Source of the DNA: Octopus sinensis
Taxonomy: Eukaryota
Assembly (NCBI RefSeq): GCF_006345805.1
Contig: NC_043006.1
Span: 93,558,001 to 93,622,000 of the forward strand
Direction: 5' to 3'
Length of the DNA stretch: 64,000 nucleotides
Each line of letters starts with the position of its first letter. Position 1 is the first letter of the stretch. The notes under the pieces are model-generated. The model saw only the letters and a list, made by a program, of their open reading frames with translations. It searched no databases and was not told the origin of the DNA. The position numbers were made by a program, and so were the translations under genes. Positions 50,541-62,742 of this stretch are shown one piece after another.

Positions 50541-51030
50541 CTTTGCCCAGCTTCTAACGCTGGAGATGTACTACGGTGTCGGCTGTTCACTACCAGTGAA
50601 CTAAGGTGACACCTCTTATTTTTCGAGCAGCATCCGGAGTATTCGAGCCGTTCCAAGCAGTGCTGTTTTCTGCAAGTTCTCTGCCCTTATTGCAGCCCCT
50701 ATTTGTTCCATATACTTCTCAAGAATTTCACTCACTGTTCGCGGGACTCCGACAATTATTGGTACTACTACCACCTTTTTCATCGACCACAACTGCTTAA
50801 CTTCCCAAGCCAACCTGTCATATCTATTGACTTTTCTTTCTTCCTTATCGCATGCCTTGTTGTCAGCTGGGCATGCTATATCTATGATCCAGCATAGTTT
50901 GCTTTCTTTCTCAATTAAGACTATGTCTGACTTCCTATTCTCTATCTCATGGTCGCACTGAATCATAAAATAGCACAGGATCATTGCATTATTATTTTCG
51001 ATGATGGCTTCAGGTTTGTGGTCGTACCAT
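50541..51030 (-). mobile_element. 5'-truncated R4-type element flanked by (AAT)n on both sides
   Basis: WYDHKPEAIIEN...RKSDIV...IIDIACPAD...VVVPIIVG...GTARILRMLLEK*; short 3'UTR then (AAT)n. Confidence 0.88.
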
Positions 51031-51056
51031 CATCATCATCATCATAATTATTATTA

Positions 51057-51127
<71 letters not shown>

Positions 51128-51128
<1 letters not shown>

Positions 51129-51636
51129 TTCCATCTTCAAATTTTCTTCCATTTCCCGCCGAGTGTTTTCCGTACACCTAGGGCAGAGAAGCTCACTGTA
51201 TGCATTCTCAGATTACACACGGAAATTCACAGGTAAAATATGTATTTAAAAAAATTATGAATAAATAAATTCATGAATGGATGTTGTTTTCACGGTGATA
51301 ATGCTCTTCTCAGTACACGAGTCGTTCCAGTTAACACGATTTTTTGCACTCCCTGTAGAGATAGTAAGCCTGGTATCATTTTCAAATAGGTTTCAGTACC
51401 TTTTTTTTTTATCATTCCTAGAGCTTCTACAATCACTGGTACTGTAGTCGCCTTGAGATGCCACATTTTTTCAGTTTCTATTAGTAAATCTTTATATTTA
51501 CTGATCTTGTCAAATTCTTTCGCCGCTATATTGTGATCGCAAGGAGTACACATGTCAATTAATAAACACGTCTTTTTTGTCTGATCTTTTATAATAATAT
51601 CCGGTTTATTAGCGTTTATAGTTTTGTCGGTATGTA
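51128..51636 (-). mobile_element. 5'-truncated R4-type element (second family) flanked by (AAT)n
   Basis: CLLIDMCTPCDHNIAAKEFDKISKYKDL...VPVIVEALG...RRALSP*. Confidence 0.88.
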
Positions 51637-51653
51637 CTTATTATTATTATTAC

Positions 51654-51691
<38 letters not shown>

Positions 51692-51723
51692 TATTATTAT
51701 TATTTATTATTATTATTATTATT

Positions 51724-52230
51724 GAGTGAGAGAGTAGTGCATGCCATCAAAGTGACACTGGGGCAAAATATACGAAGCCCAGTATACCCATCATGACTAC
51801 CCGTCTGATAAGGGTGCACCAGGCACATGCATCACAACCATATTTGCGCAACATAGTGATCTCATCTCAAGATAAACAGCGTATAACCTTACAAGTGAGG
51901 CCCAGTTACAATTTTCTTCAGGTCAAGTAGCCCACCTCACTCAAAATGGCCCTGAATAAAGGGTTGTTTAAGGATGTTGAACGAAACACCTATGTTTCCA
52001 AATGTGAATTATTCGAACCCAAAATAATTCCTCTCAACACATGGCTATTATGAGCCCCCACTACTTCTGCTCATGATCAGAGATATACATATCATCAACA
52101 AGGAAATCTTTGGTATTGAGCAGAATATTTACTGTAGCCCATCTTTTATACCAAGACAAAATAATGTAACACTTACAATCAGTTAATATCGAAAGCTATG
52201 TGAGCCACTGTCTGGTAGTACATCAGGCCA
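51724..52230 (-). mobile_element. Dispersed, diverged near-complete copy of the array unit between (ATT)n tracts
   Basis: GAGTGAGAGAGTAGTGCATGCCATCAAAGTGACACTGG...GTACATCAGGCC; many substitutions and a ~45-bp deletion relative to the array units. Confidence 0.92.
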
Positions 52231-52234
52231 GTAC

Positions 52235-52346
<112 letters not shown>

Positions 52347-52361
52347 TTATTATTATTATTA

Positions 52362-52405
<44 letters not shown>

Positions 52406-52429
52406 GTAGTAGTAGTAGTAGTAGTAGTA

Positions 52430-55400
52430 TTTTCTCTTTATCAGAGATTTTGTTGAAGCTCCTGGAGTCTTGCATGCGTAGTGATCTTGCTACCTGCAGC
52501 CTACGGTACCACGCTATCCGTTCTTTCTAGCTATCTAATACTTTCCTGATTATTCCTGCCATGCCAAGGAGGCAAATCTTTTGTAACAGTTCTACAGAGC
52601 ACTCTATTCCAATTTTCTTTATATTCCCCTTGATGCCTTCCAATACTGTTTCCAATGACCCAACAGTAATTGACACTATCTTCACCCTCTTCATTTTCCA
52701 TAGCCGGGTTATGTGTTCCCACCAGTTTTTACCATGGGGTAGGTCCAGGTTTTTGCAAATTATCCAGTAAATATACTATGCTACTCTCTCATGCCTACTG
52801 AGATACTCTGCATACGCAACAATACTGCACATGGAGATAACATTATCAATGGTTTCATTTTGTTGTTGACACATATGACATGTTGGACTACTGCCGTTCT
52901 TTAATATGTTGGACTGCTATGATAAACCCTTCTGTTTCTGATTTTAAGCCAGAATCCACTAACCATTGATAGGTAAGGGTTTTGTTAACATCGGCACTAT
53001 TAGATCTCTTTGGGTATTTTCCATCGAGAGGATTTTCTTGTTATTTATCAGGTCATCCCATAAGTTCTGTCCGAATTTTGAATAAAGAAAACAAGTGATC
53101 AAATGCTATATTTAATTGAAATTTAATCATCAATGTACTTTCCCTGATAATCTATGATTTCCTTCCATCTATGTACAAGCTTTTTAATCCCATCAATGTA
53201 AAAGTATTTTGGTTTCAAAGGAAGAACTCTGAAATGTCAGTTTGGACCTCCTCCTGGCTTGCGAAAGTTATGTCCCCCAAATGATTCTGTAAACTACGAA
53301 ACAAATGGTAGTTTGCAGGAGCAAGGTCGGGAGAATAAGGTGGATGAGGAATTTTTCCCAACCAAGCTCTTCGATCTTCTGTGATGTAGTCTTTGCAGTG
53401 TGGGGTCACGCATTATGATGAAACATAACTCCTTTTCACTTCACTAAAGCAGGTCTTTTGTCTTCTTCAAAGCTTGGTTCAAACGCTCTAATTGTTGACA
53501 GTAGACTTGAACATTGATGTTGCATTAGGTGGTAACAATTCAATGTGAAATACTCCTTTGCAATCCCACCAGATAGATAGTAGAAACTTTTTTCCCATGA
53601 AGTTCCCTTCTCGGTTATGGTTGAGCTTTTTCCCCTTTTACCAAGCCACTGTTTACGACGTTTAACATTTCGATAGAAGATCCATTTTTTCGTTACTAGT
53701 CACAAGTCTACACAAAAAAGGTGAAATGAGTTCGCGAGAATGGAGAGAAGAGCAGATGTCAACACGGGGTTTGCGGTTGCTTTCGGACAATTCATGAGGC
53801 ACCCATTTTCAAAACTTAAGAACCTTTCCAAGTTATTGACGATGACGATGAACAGTTGTATGGTTTGAACTAAGCTTTATTACCAATTCTTCAACTGATA
53901 ATGCAGGATTTTCTTCAAGTAATGCCTCAAGGAGCTTATCATCAAACTCAACTGGATGTCCTGTTCGACCTTCATCTTCCACTTTTGAATTTTTCAAACC
54001 ATCTTCTGCAAGTTCTTTCATTCAAGCCTTCTTTCCTATAAGCTGAGTGTATGTTCGGAGTCATTTCGGCAGAAGAGTTTTCTTTTTTGTACTCATAAAG
54101 CCTTATGTCCCTTAAATGCTCTTTGGATACTTCCATGTTAGAAAGGGTTTTAATTCTATTATTCTGTAAAATAATATTTAATTAGTTTAAATGTTCACGA
54201 ATGCATAAAAATAATTTTTAATTCCATTAGACATTCTAAAATATTAAAATTCATTTAATTTTAAAAAAGGTAAAATTGGACAGAACTTATGGGATGACCT
54301 GGTATCAGTAAAACTATCTAAGGCAGGAGTTTTCATACGCTTAGCTTTTTCTGTGCTCGATCCCAGTACGTTTAATTCTGGAATTTGTGGTATTTGGAAT
54401 TCATTTGTGGTATTTGGAATTCATTTGCCTGTTTTGTTACTTGGTGTGATGCTTTCTTGTTTTCATGCTTTGAGACAAGTTTTAACATCCATCTATTAAA
54501 AAACTATAGGTATAATCCGTCAGGACAGATGTTAGCGTTGTATGCATAGTTGTTAAACAGGTTATGGGTCTATAGTTTTTTGGTTCATTTGTTTCTTCAT
54601 TGTTTGAAGTAGGAATGTTACACCATTAACTAGCCAAGAGGGAATCATATTAGTTTGTTGCAAAACATCGTTGTAAAGTTTTATTAGCAGTTCATGTCTC
54701 TCTGGGAAGGCATTCATTGAGAAGATAGGAATTTTATCATTTCCTTAAGACTTCTATTTGCATGACTGCTTGTGAGAGCAGATCTTACCTCCTCTACCTT
54801 GATACCCTCCCACTTTTGCTCTTCTAAGGAGTTTAATCTGTAGATATTCTATCGATCCAAGGGACCTTTTCATTCTGTGTTTTTTCTTCTGCCCAAATTT
54901 TATTTTAAAATTCTTGCACTTCTTTTGACGGGAGTAACTTTACTGTCACTGGTATTTTCCCTATCTTCCTGAAAAAATTTTCAGGTTATTTTTGAACATG
55001 TTGTCCTTGAAGAATCTAACGCGCTTTTCATACCATGCTATGCGGGCAGCTTTAGCACATACCTTCGGAGTTTTGTTGGTTTGATAGTCTTGTCAAACTT
55101 AAAGTTTTTAAACATACTATGTCAGACCTAAGTAGCTGAATTTGGTGTTGAATACTCTCTTGCCAAGAAGGCTTTTTTGCGATAATGTTTTCATTTTCTA
55201 ATATTTTCACCACATAGAATCGTGAAGTGGTTGACATCTGTAATGTTAAGATCATTAGTTGAAATTATATCCTTAAGTGCAAGGTGGATTTTACAAATTA
55301 TTTTCAGGTTTTGGTTAGAACTGCGAATTTTTGGGAGAGTGTCACATCCATTCATACTGGTTTCTTTAATTTTCAGCCATTCAATCATAATTTGATTATT

Positions 55401-56275
55401 TAGATCATGTAGTTCCGTTGGGTTAATATTTGTGTGACTTTCTTCATCTATTTGATTTCCATCTGCCTTAGTGTTTATGATTGGTTCAGAGAGTATTTCA
55501 CTTTGCCTTATCAGTTACATTAACTCTTTCAATCAACATTGCACTTTCATCAGGTCAGTGTTGCTTTACAATTATTTCTTCTGTATAATCTTCTTTAGCT
55601 GCAACTTCGTTCCTCTTATCCCTTACTGACTGTTTAATTTGGTCAATCTCTAATTCAGTCAGTAATTTCTTTTTCATGTTTCTTCTGACGTTGGCAAGTT
55701 TGTTACTGTCTATGCAGGGTCTTACTTCAAAGTGTTTCTGTCTCCAGCTTAAGTAGGTTTGAATAGTATTAGATTTATTTATGGGGAAATATATGGCATG
55801 ATAGAATGCCTTAAGAACTTCTTTATTATCTACCCTACATTTTCATTCTTTCTCTTTTTTGTTATTTGCTGAAGAGAATGGATGGGTATATGCTGGAATA
55901 TTCTGGTTGTCGGGTACTTCCAGCTCCTGTGTTTCGGGAAGATTTGAACCTGTGGTTGATTATTCGTATAGAATCTGGTTCATCATTCGACTACGCAGTC
56001 CTTGGTGTTCCGTGTGAGTACAATTCCGGTTTGTAATTTGCTTTATTATCGAGGCATGACGAGCTTCGGCGTTGACATTAGAGAACGGATCTGTCTGTTT
56101 AGGGTTAATTTTTTTGAGACAACACCGCCTCCGAGTTCTCTGCATCTAAACATTGTTTGTAAGGTAGCTTCTTAACGCTAACAGATCTGTATTCGTCAGT
56201 ATTTTTTTGTTGTTGGTACATTTATCTCCAGGCAGAGTTTTTTGTGGTATTTTAAAACTGTGGTGTAGCGCATTA
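52430..56275 (-). mobile_element. Old, internally deleted R4-type element interrupted by a mariner
   Basis: N-terminal KEVLKAFYHAIF...DSNKLANVRRN (~55700-55850); SGLKSETEGFIIA and CHMC...RHERV (52750-53040); C-terminal LGMAGIIRKVLDS*; (AAT)n at both ends. Confidence 0.82.
53048..54302 (-). mobile_element. Full-length-sized (1255 bp) degenerate mariner with TA TSD
   Basis: ~31-bp TIRs (T/C)CAGGTCATCCCATAAGTTCTGTCC(G/A)A(A)TTTT; TA at 53046-53047 and 54303-54304; PHPPYSPDLAPANYHLFRSL. Confidence 0.92.
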
Positions 56276-56386
<111 letters not shown>

Positions 56387-56818
56387 CATTATTATTATTA
56401 TTATTATTATCATCATCATCATCATCATCATCACTATTATTATTATCATTATTATTAGGCAACGAACGCGATGGACGAAACGCTTACCGGTATTTTGAAC
56501 GTCGCTATGTTCTAATTCCGAATTCCGCCGAAGATGACTTTACTATTCATCCTTTCGGAGTTTATTAAATAAGTACCAGTTACGCACTGGAGTCATTGTA
56601 ATCGACTTAATCCCTCCCCTACCCCACCAAGCTGCCCATGTGATAAAAATTTGAAATCATTGTTATTTGTTTGATTGTGTAGCAAATGATCGTATGTAAA
56701 TGATTTACAAACATGATTTTCAAGTGTGAAGCTTCCAGGATCATATTCTGGAAGGAAATAACAAAGTTCTTTTTATATGATTTTGAAATATCGTTCTTTG
56801 GAATTTGGCCATTCTTCA

Positions 56819-56979
56819 TCATTTATTCTCGACATTATTCACAGAATATGTGAGTGTTTGCCTAGTTAGTAGTTTGCTAAATAAGAATGGAATTAAAATG
56901 GGTTGAACCGAAAGAATTGGTCCGATCCCGATCACATAGTAGCTGTATTCGTAAGTGTTCATGTATTCTGAGAAGATTC
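56819..56979 (-). CDS. SLC16/MCT-like transporter copy 2, last coding exon
   Basis: Same 161-nt length and acceptor as copy 1; ends NNVENK*. Confidence 0.85.
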
Positions 56980-57084
56980 CTGCAAACAACAAGAACAAGA
57001 AGAGCAACATTAAAGACGAGTCACCAGATTTGAATATTCAATAAATAAATAAATCAAATTTATTTCTAATCATTAATATCTATG

Positions 57085-57480
57085 GTAAGGCGTCAAGCGA
57101 GCAGAATCGTGGACGTGCCGGAAAAAATACTTGGTGGCATTTCGTTCGTCTTTACAGTCTGTGTTCACCTAAAACCGAGGTCGATTTTGCCTTTCATCCT
57201 TTCGGAGTCGATTAAATAAGTACCAGTTACACACTGGGGTCGATGTAATCGACTTAATCCGTTTGTCTGACCTTGTTTGTCCCCCTCTGTGTTTATCCCC
57301 TTGTGGGTAGTAAAGAAATAGGTATTTCGTCTGTCTTTATGTTCTGAGTTCAAATTCTGCTGAAGTTGACTTTGCCTTTTATCATTTCGGGGTCGATAAA
57401 CTAAGTACCAGTTGCGTACTGGGGTCGATCTAATCGACTGACCCCTTCCCCCAAAATGTTGGGCCTTATGCCTAGAGTAG
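57085..57480 (+). mobile_element. SINE with internally repeated core
   Basis: GCCTTT(C/T)ATC(C/A)TTTCGG.GTCGAT..A.TAAGTACCAGTT occurs twice (57190 and 57372). Confidence 0.7.
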
Positions 57481-58149
57481 AAAAGAATTGCAATCCACCA
57501 TTGAACGGGATTCCGCACAGTTCTATCTATCTAATTCCACACACGATCCTTGGTCGACTGGAGGCTTCAGTAAAAAGAAGGCCTGAAATACTATGCAATA
57601 GGCTTGGTTTGAACTCGAGATCTTGTAATTATAGAGCAAACTTCATTGCTATACTATGAAAGACGACATGAAATTGTCTGAACGTAAAAGAAAAATTGCC
57701 CCCATGCTACAGCGTGTGCTAAAACACGAGATCTTGTGATTATAAAGCAAAATTCTGAGCCATTCAGTCATACTATGCAGGAATGAAAAATATCTTTATC
57801 TCCATGGAAACTGGAAAAATCTCTTGTAGAATATATATTCTCATAAATCGCTAGAGTTAAGTCATAAGAATTGTGAAGATATGACCGGTTTGTAGGTTTT
57901 TACACTGATTAACGAAAAACGTTTATCTACAAAAACGTTATTTCTTATATTTCATTCGATTCAAATGTTTCTCCATAAAATACTATAATTGCTGACCGGG
58001 GATTACTTCAGCAACATTCATACGGGAATGAGACGTTTTGGCACAGCCGTTTTAGCACCACCTATTTGGCATCGCTAATTCGATGCTGACTTATTTGACA
58101 ACCAACGTGTAAACGTTTCTATCGTTCTCTTCCTCTCTGTCTGTCTGTC

Positions 58150-58196
<47 letters not shown>

Positions 58197-58654
58197 ATTT
58201 ATCTGCGTAATTATACTTCTCCTTCTGTATATAAGGAGAGGGGAAACATTTATGACAACTGTGCTGAATTGATAAATTGTAATCTCTCTTCCTTTCTTTC
58301 TCTCCTTCTCTTCCTCTGTTTATTTGTGGGTTCTTCTAGTTACGCTTCTAGTTATGCTTTTAGTCAGGCTTCTATATCTAATATCTGTCTCTCCTTCCCT
58401 CTCTCTCTCTCTCCTTTACTCCCCCCTCTCTTTCTCTTTCTGCAGGTATACATTTCTTTGTGAGCACGCGTGTTAACATCCAGAATAGAAAAGTGCTGCT
58501 GCGCAAAAACGCTGAATATCTAGCCAACGACAAAACTGCTGCGACCGATCGTCTCATTCTTCCTTAACACATACTTCATATGTATATATGTAATCAGAAC
58601 GGTTGTAACTGAGTATATTCTGAAATATGGATAATAAAAATGTTACATATTTAC

Positions 58655-59758
58655 CTATCAGATATCCAATAATTAAAATGCCAGTTCCAATTGCTGTTTC
58701 TCCAAATCCCATGCTTATCGAAAAATATCCGATTTCGAAGTAATCCATAATAGTTACAACATATGTAGAGAATATGAGGCCATTTGTGAACATCACAGCA
58801 AATGTTAGCAAAGTCAAATATGTTGAAGTGGACAACGAAGGATAAACACAGATCAGTAATCCGCTCATGGTGGCTGCAGTACTAAATATAATCCTACTTG
58901 GAACAATGTTTTTATGTATCAACCAACTACTGACGAAACAAGCCAAGATATACCCAAACGATCCCACTGAAAATATACGGGCACTTTCTGCTTGACTTAG
59001 CCCTTGTTGTACGCAATAATCCGGTAAGATAGACACTGTTGTTATAACACTGCCATACGTTATAATAACAGCGAAAAGGAATAAAAGGTAATTGAAATTT
59101 GTTAAAATTGTAACGATTTTTGCAGAAAATTTCGAATCAGATTTTCCTTCCGTTTGAACCTTGGCACTTCGAACATCAATCACCTCGTCTTCCGATTTTA
59201 TAGAATTTATAGCTGTCTCTTCAATACCCAAAGAATCTTCTTTGTCAGGTTGTGTATTATTTATAACAAATGGTTCGTTGTCATATTTTAAGGCCTTAAT
59301 AACCGCCTCACGAATATATTTTTCATTTGTATTGATGTCTTCGTTATGATTCAAGGCTGTATTATTCACTTCAGATATTTCCAGTTTGCTCGATATCGTT
59401 TCATCCTGAACGTCACCAACATTTTGAAATTGTTCTACAGAAACGTTTGAATCCGACTTATACAAATCTTTCGGCGCGTTACTTTCACTTACTGCCAAAG
59501 TTTCTCTCCGCGTGTTTTTATACATATCCGTAGAATATATGAGAGCACATGGCAGAGTTTGTATGAAAGTAGCAGCCAGGAGAAGAAGACTTCCACGCCA
59601 GAACATGAGTTCAATGAAATAATTGGTAAGGATTGGGAAAATTATATATCCAAGAGATTTTCCGACCGTAGCAAATGCAATAAATTTACGACTGTCTTCA
59701 CCGAAATAAGCTGCTAATCCATTATTAGCCGAGACATTAAGAGAAGCACAACCAATTC
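58655..59758 (-). CDS. SLC16/MCT-like transporter copy 2, 1104-bp exon
   Basis: gtaacag|GA...ATA G|gtaaat; open frame GIGCASLNVSANNGLAAYFGEDSRKFIAFATVGKSLGYIIFP... Confidence 0.9.
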
Positions 59759-60965
59759 CTGTTACAAGAGATGAAAAATAAAAAACAAAGAGTAATTAAA
59801 AAGTAGTTACTAAATTAATCAAGGACATTTCTGAATAATTAACGAAGAGAGTGTTGTTATTTTATTATTTCTGTTTTAATTCCCTGATTGGAAGCTTTAC
59901 ATCCATATTAAAAGGTAGCTCATAACGTTTACACTAGAATTAAACATCGTTTCGTATTCAATTTGCAAGATTCTTGATGTGAATTCGTGTATTGAAATAA
60001 ATCTTAAGTCTTGGTTCTGGGGATGAAGTAAGATATTCTCATGCCGCACACTTGGATTGGATTCTTGCAAACAAAGTGAACACCACCAAAAGCATCCAAT
60101 ATACCACATGGTGATCAGCGCTCGATTATGATCGACAGAAGGCTTCAGTACTTATGAGATTTTGCTGCCCTAATATATGTGTGTGTGTGGGTGTGTGTGT
60201 GTGTGTGTGAAATTTGAAATATAAACAATAAGAAACCATAAAATTAATTTTTATGTTTCAAAATGAAACAAAACAAACAGTTAGATCAAAAATAATGTTT
60301 CTTTTTTATACTAACACTTTATTTACATTTGAAATGTTTTCTTCTACTTATTTTTTTAATTGCAAAATCTTTGATCTGAGCCACAAAAATTAATCTTACG
60401 TAAGACATCTGCTTCAATATTTAGTAGAGATAAATCATCCTGAATATTATGTTAGCAAGTTTAAAGTGATTTCTATTGTACCGTAAACTATTTACCATTT
60501 CTATGGTGACCTCCCTTGATAAAATAAGCAAGTGCTTATCCTACTTAATGGTTAATCCAGTTCTGATGGTGATGGTAAACCAGTGAACAAAATTAGCTTA
60601 TCACCCAATTAAGTCAGTGCGATTTGAACTCAAACTACAAAGAGCTGGAATAAATACCATTAGAGATTCTGTCAGACACTCTTGCACTTCCACCTCTCCA
60701 CTATTCTGGACAAAGTACTTATGGAGATGTTGACCACGTCAATGACTTCAGCCTGGTCAAATTATAAAGACTTCTCTTTTCCTCGAAGCCCATAAAGATA
60801 AAGTAAAAAGATTTATGATTTGCGTTCTTTCGATAATAAAGTTTCAGAAAGCGATAAGTGACATTTGAATTCATTATCATATCTATGATTAGCGTTAAAC
60901 GTTTTACAATATGCATAGAAAGCAAGAAAACACACACACACATGTATATGAAAATACACACACAT

Positions 60966-61765
60966 ATTTTATTTGGGATGGTTAGGTTGCCAGTTTAGCT
61001 AATAAAAACACACGTACTATATATTTGGTGTTAAATTGCTTCAGCGTTATTTTATTTTTTTACCTTAATAGTATTTCGGCCAGAGTTTTTTCGTCACACT
61101 CCTGTGACCTCATCAGTGGTCCTTTGCTTTCTTCTTTCTGATTTGTGTGTCTTGCGCATGCGTATACCCCTATGTGTGTCTATGCTTAGTAGGTGCGTGT
61201 GTGTGTGTTGGGGGGAAGTGCCAGTATTATATTCATCCTCTGTTTATACACGTTCGTTTAATTTGATTTTATTTATTTTGTTCATGTGTTTATACCTACT
61301 TATTATTTTTTCTATTTATTTTTTGTATTTAATTTAATTAATTTTTAATTTTTAATTTTGTAAATGTCTATAGTTATTTAATTCCATTTGTTTATCTGTG
61401 TATTGTATTATATTTTGTTCATATTGTTATCAGCTTATGGTATCTTATTCTGTCATATGTTGTGGTGTGTTGGGTGTGTGTGCTAGTGTTCCATTCTAGT
61501 TTCCTATTCAGGCTAGCGTTATCTTCTATTATGTGTGTAGCTTCTGTAATTTGTCTAAGCGTTGCGTCTGTTCTATATATATATAATCATATAAGAATGA
61601 AGAAAGCAAAGGACCACTGATGAGGTCACATAAGTGTGACAAAAGAACTCTGGCCGAAATACGATTAAGTTAAAAAAATACAATAAAGCTGAAGCAAATT
61701 AACACCAAATATATAGTGCGTGTGTTTTATTGGCTAAACTGGCAAAATGACCATCCCTAAATACA
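60966..61765. repeat. ~170-bp imperfect inverted repeat pair, each arm carrying a hammerhead-like core
   Basis: Arms about 60966-61136 and 61594-61765; CTGATGA..GAAA at 61116-61074 (minus) and 61617-61659 (plus). Confidence 0.8.
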
Positions 61766-61813
61766 ACAATATATGTTTCAACGCAAGATTTCACATCAAG
61801 AATCTTGCAAAAC

Positions 61814-61858
<45 letters not shown>

Positions 61859-61981
61859 ATTATATAAAAGGGCTTAGTAAAATAAATTACTTTGCCGCAT
61901 ACTGAACTCATTAGAAATAGCAGCTAAAAAACTTTTTTAAAGCTATTTCTAATACTTAAAGAAAATTGCCCTCAATTGTTG

Positions 61982-62032
<51 letters not shown>

Positions 62033-62081
62033 TGCAACATTTGTTCGTGAAGGCTTTTCTAAATCACTGGGCAATACAAAC

Positions 62082-62225
62082 CTGGCAAAAGACTGAAACA
62101 TCCCAATAAAACATAAATACTCGAAGAGAACGATGGAGCGCAAATAGAAAGGGTAAGACAAAGGCTTCCCACGATGCCAGTGGTTCTTACGCCAAATTTA
62201 GTGAGAAATATTCCAACCATGAAAC
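62082..62225 (-). CDS. SLC16/MCT-like transporter copy 2, 144-bp exon
   Basis: ctcttag|GT...CCA G|gtttgt; FMVGIFLTKFGVRTTGIVGSLCLTLSICAPSFSSSIYVLLGCFSLLP. Confidence 0.88.
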
Positions 62226-62499
62226 CTAAGAGCGAAAAAAGAAGAAAATAGTCTTTTAATGATTCATTGGGATTCAATTAATTAATGAGTTATAATATTG
62301 TTAATGATCTTTTAATTACCAGTAACTAATAAACAACGGATCTAGGTTGGAATTTCTGACGATATTTAATTGTTCAATAAACGTAATTGGTAGAAACTGA
62401 ATCAGAGTTACAAACACTCGAAGGATTCTGTACAGCTTTTGCCTACTCAGTTCCACTCGCAAGCTTTGGGTCAACTCGACCTCATGAATGTATGTATAA

Positions 62500-62588
<89 letters not shown>

Positions 62589-62589
62589 C

Positions 62590-62711
62590 ATGCATGTATG
62601 TCATTATTCAGTTTATTTCAAGATTTCTTGCCAGTAGAGAAAGAACCTGTTTCTAACCTAGATCCAAGGTTCCTTCATTGGAATTTCAACATCAACAAGA
62701 GGGCATTTTTG

Positions 62712-62742
<31 letters not shown>

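Larger units (their letters stand above)
56745..62300 (-). repeat. Tandem duplication homologous to 26782-32600
   Basis: Three exons and long intronic blocks (e.g. 57490-58270 vs 27850-28630) align with offsets of 29.0-30.0 kb. Confidence 0.93.

Noticed and set aside
62360-62400. Hammerhead at CTGACGA...GAAA
   Set aside because: Stem II and stem III pairings are not convincing.
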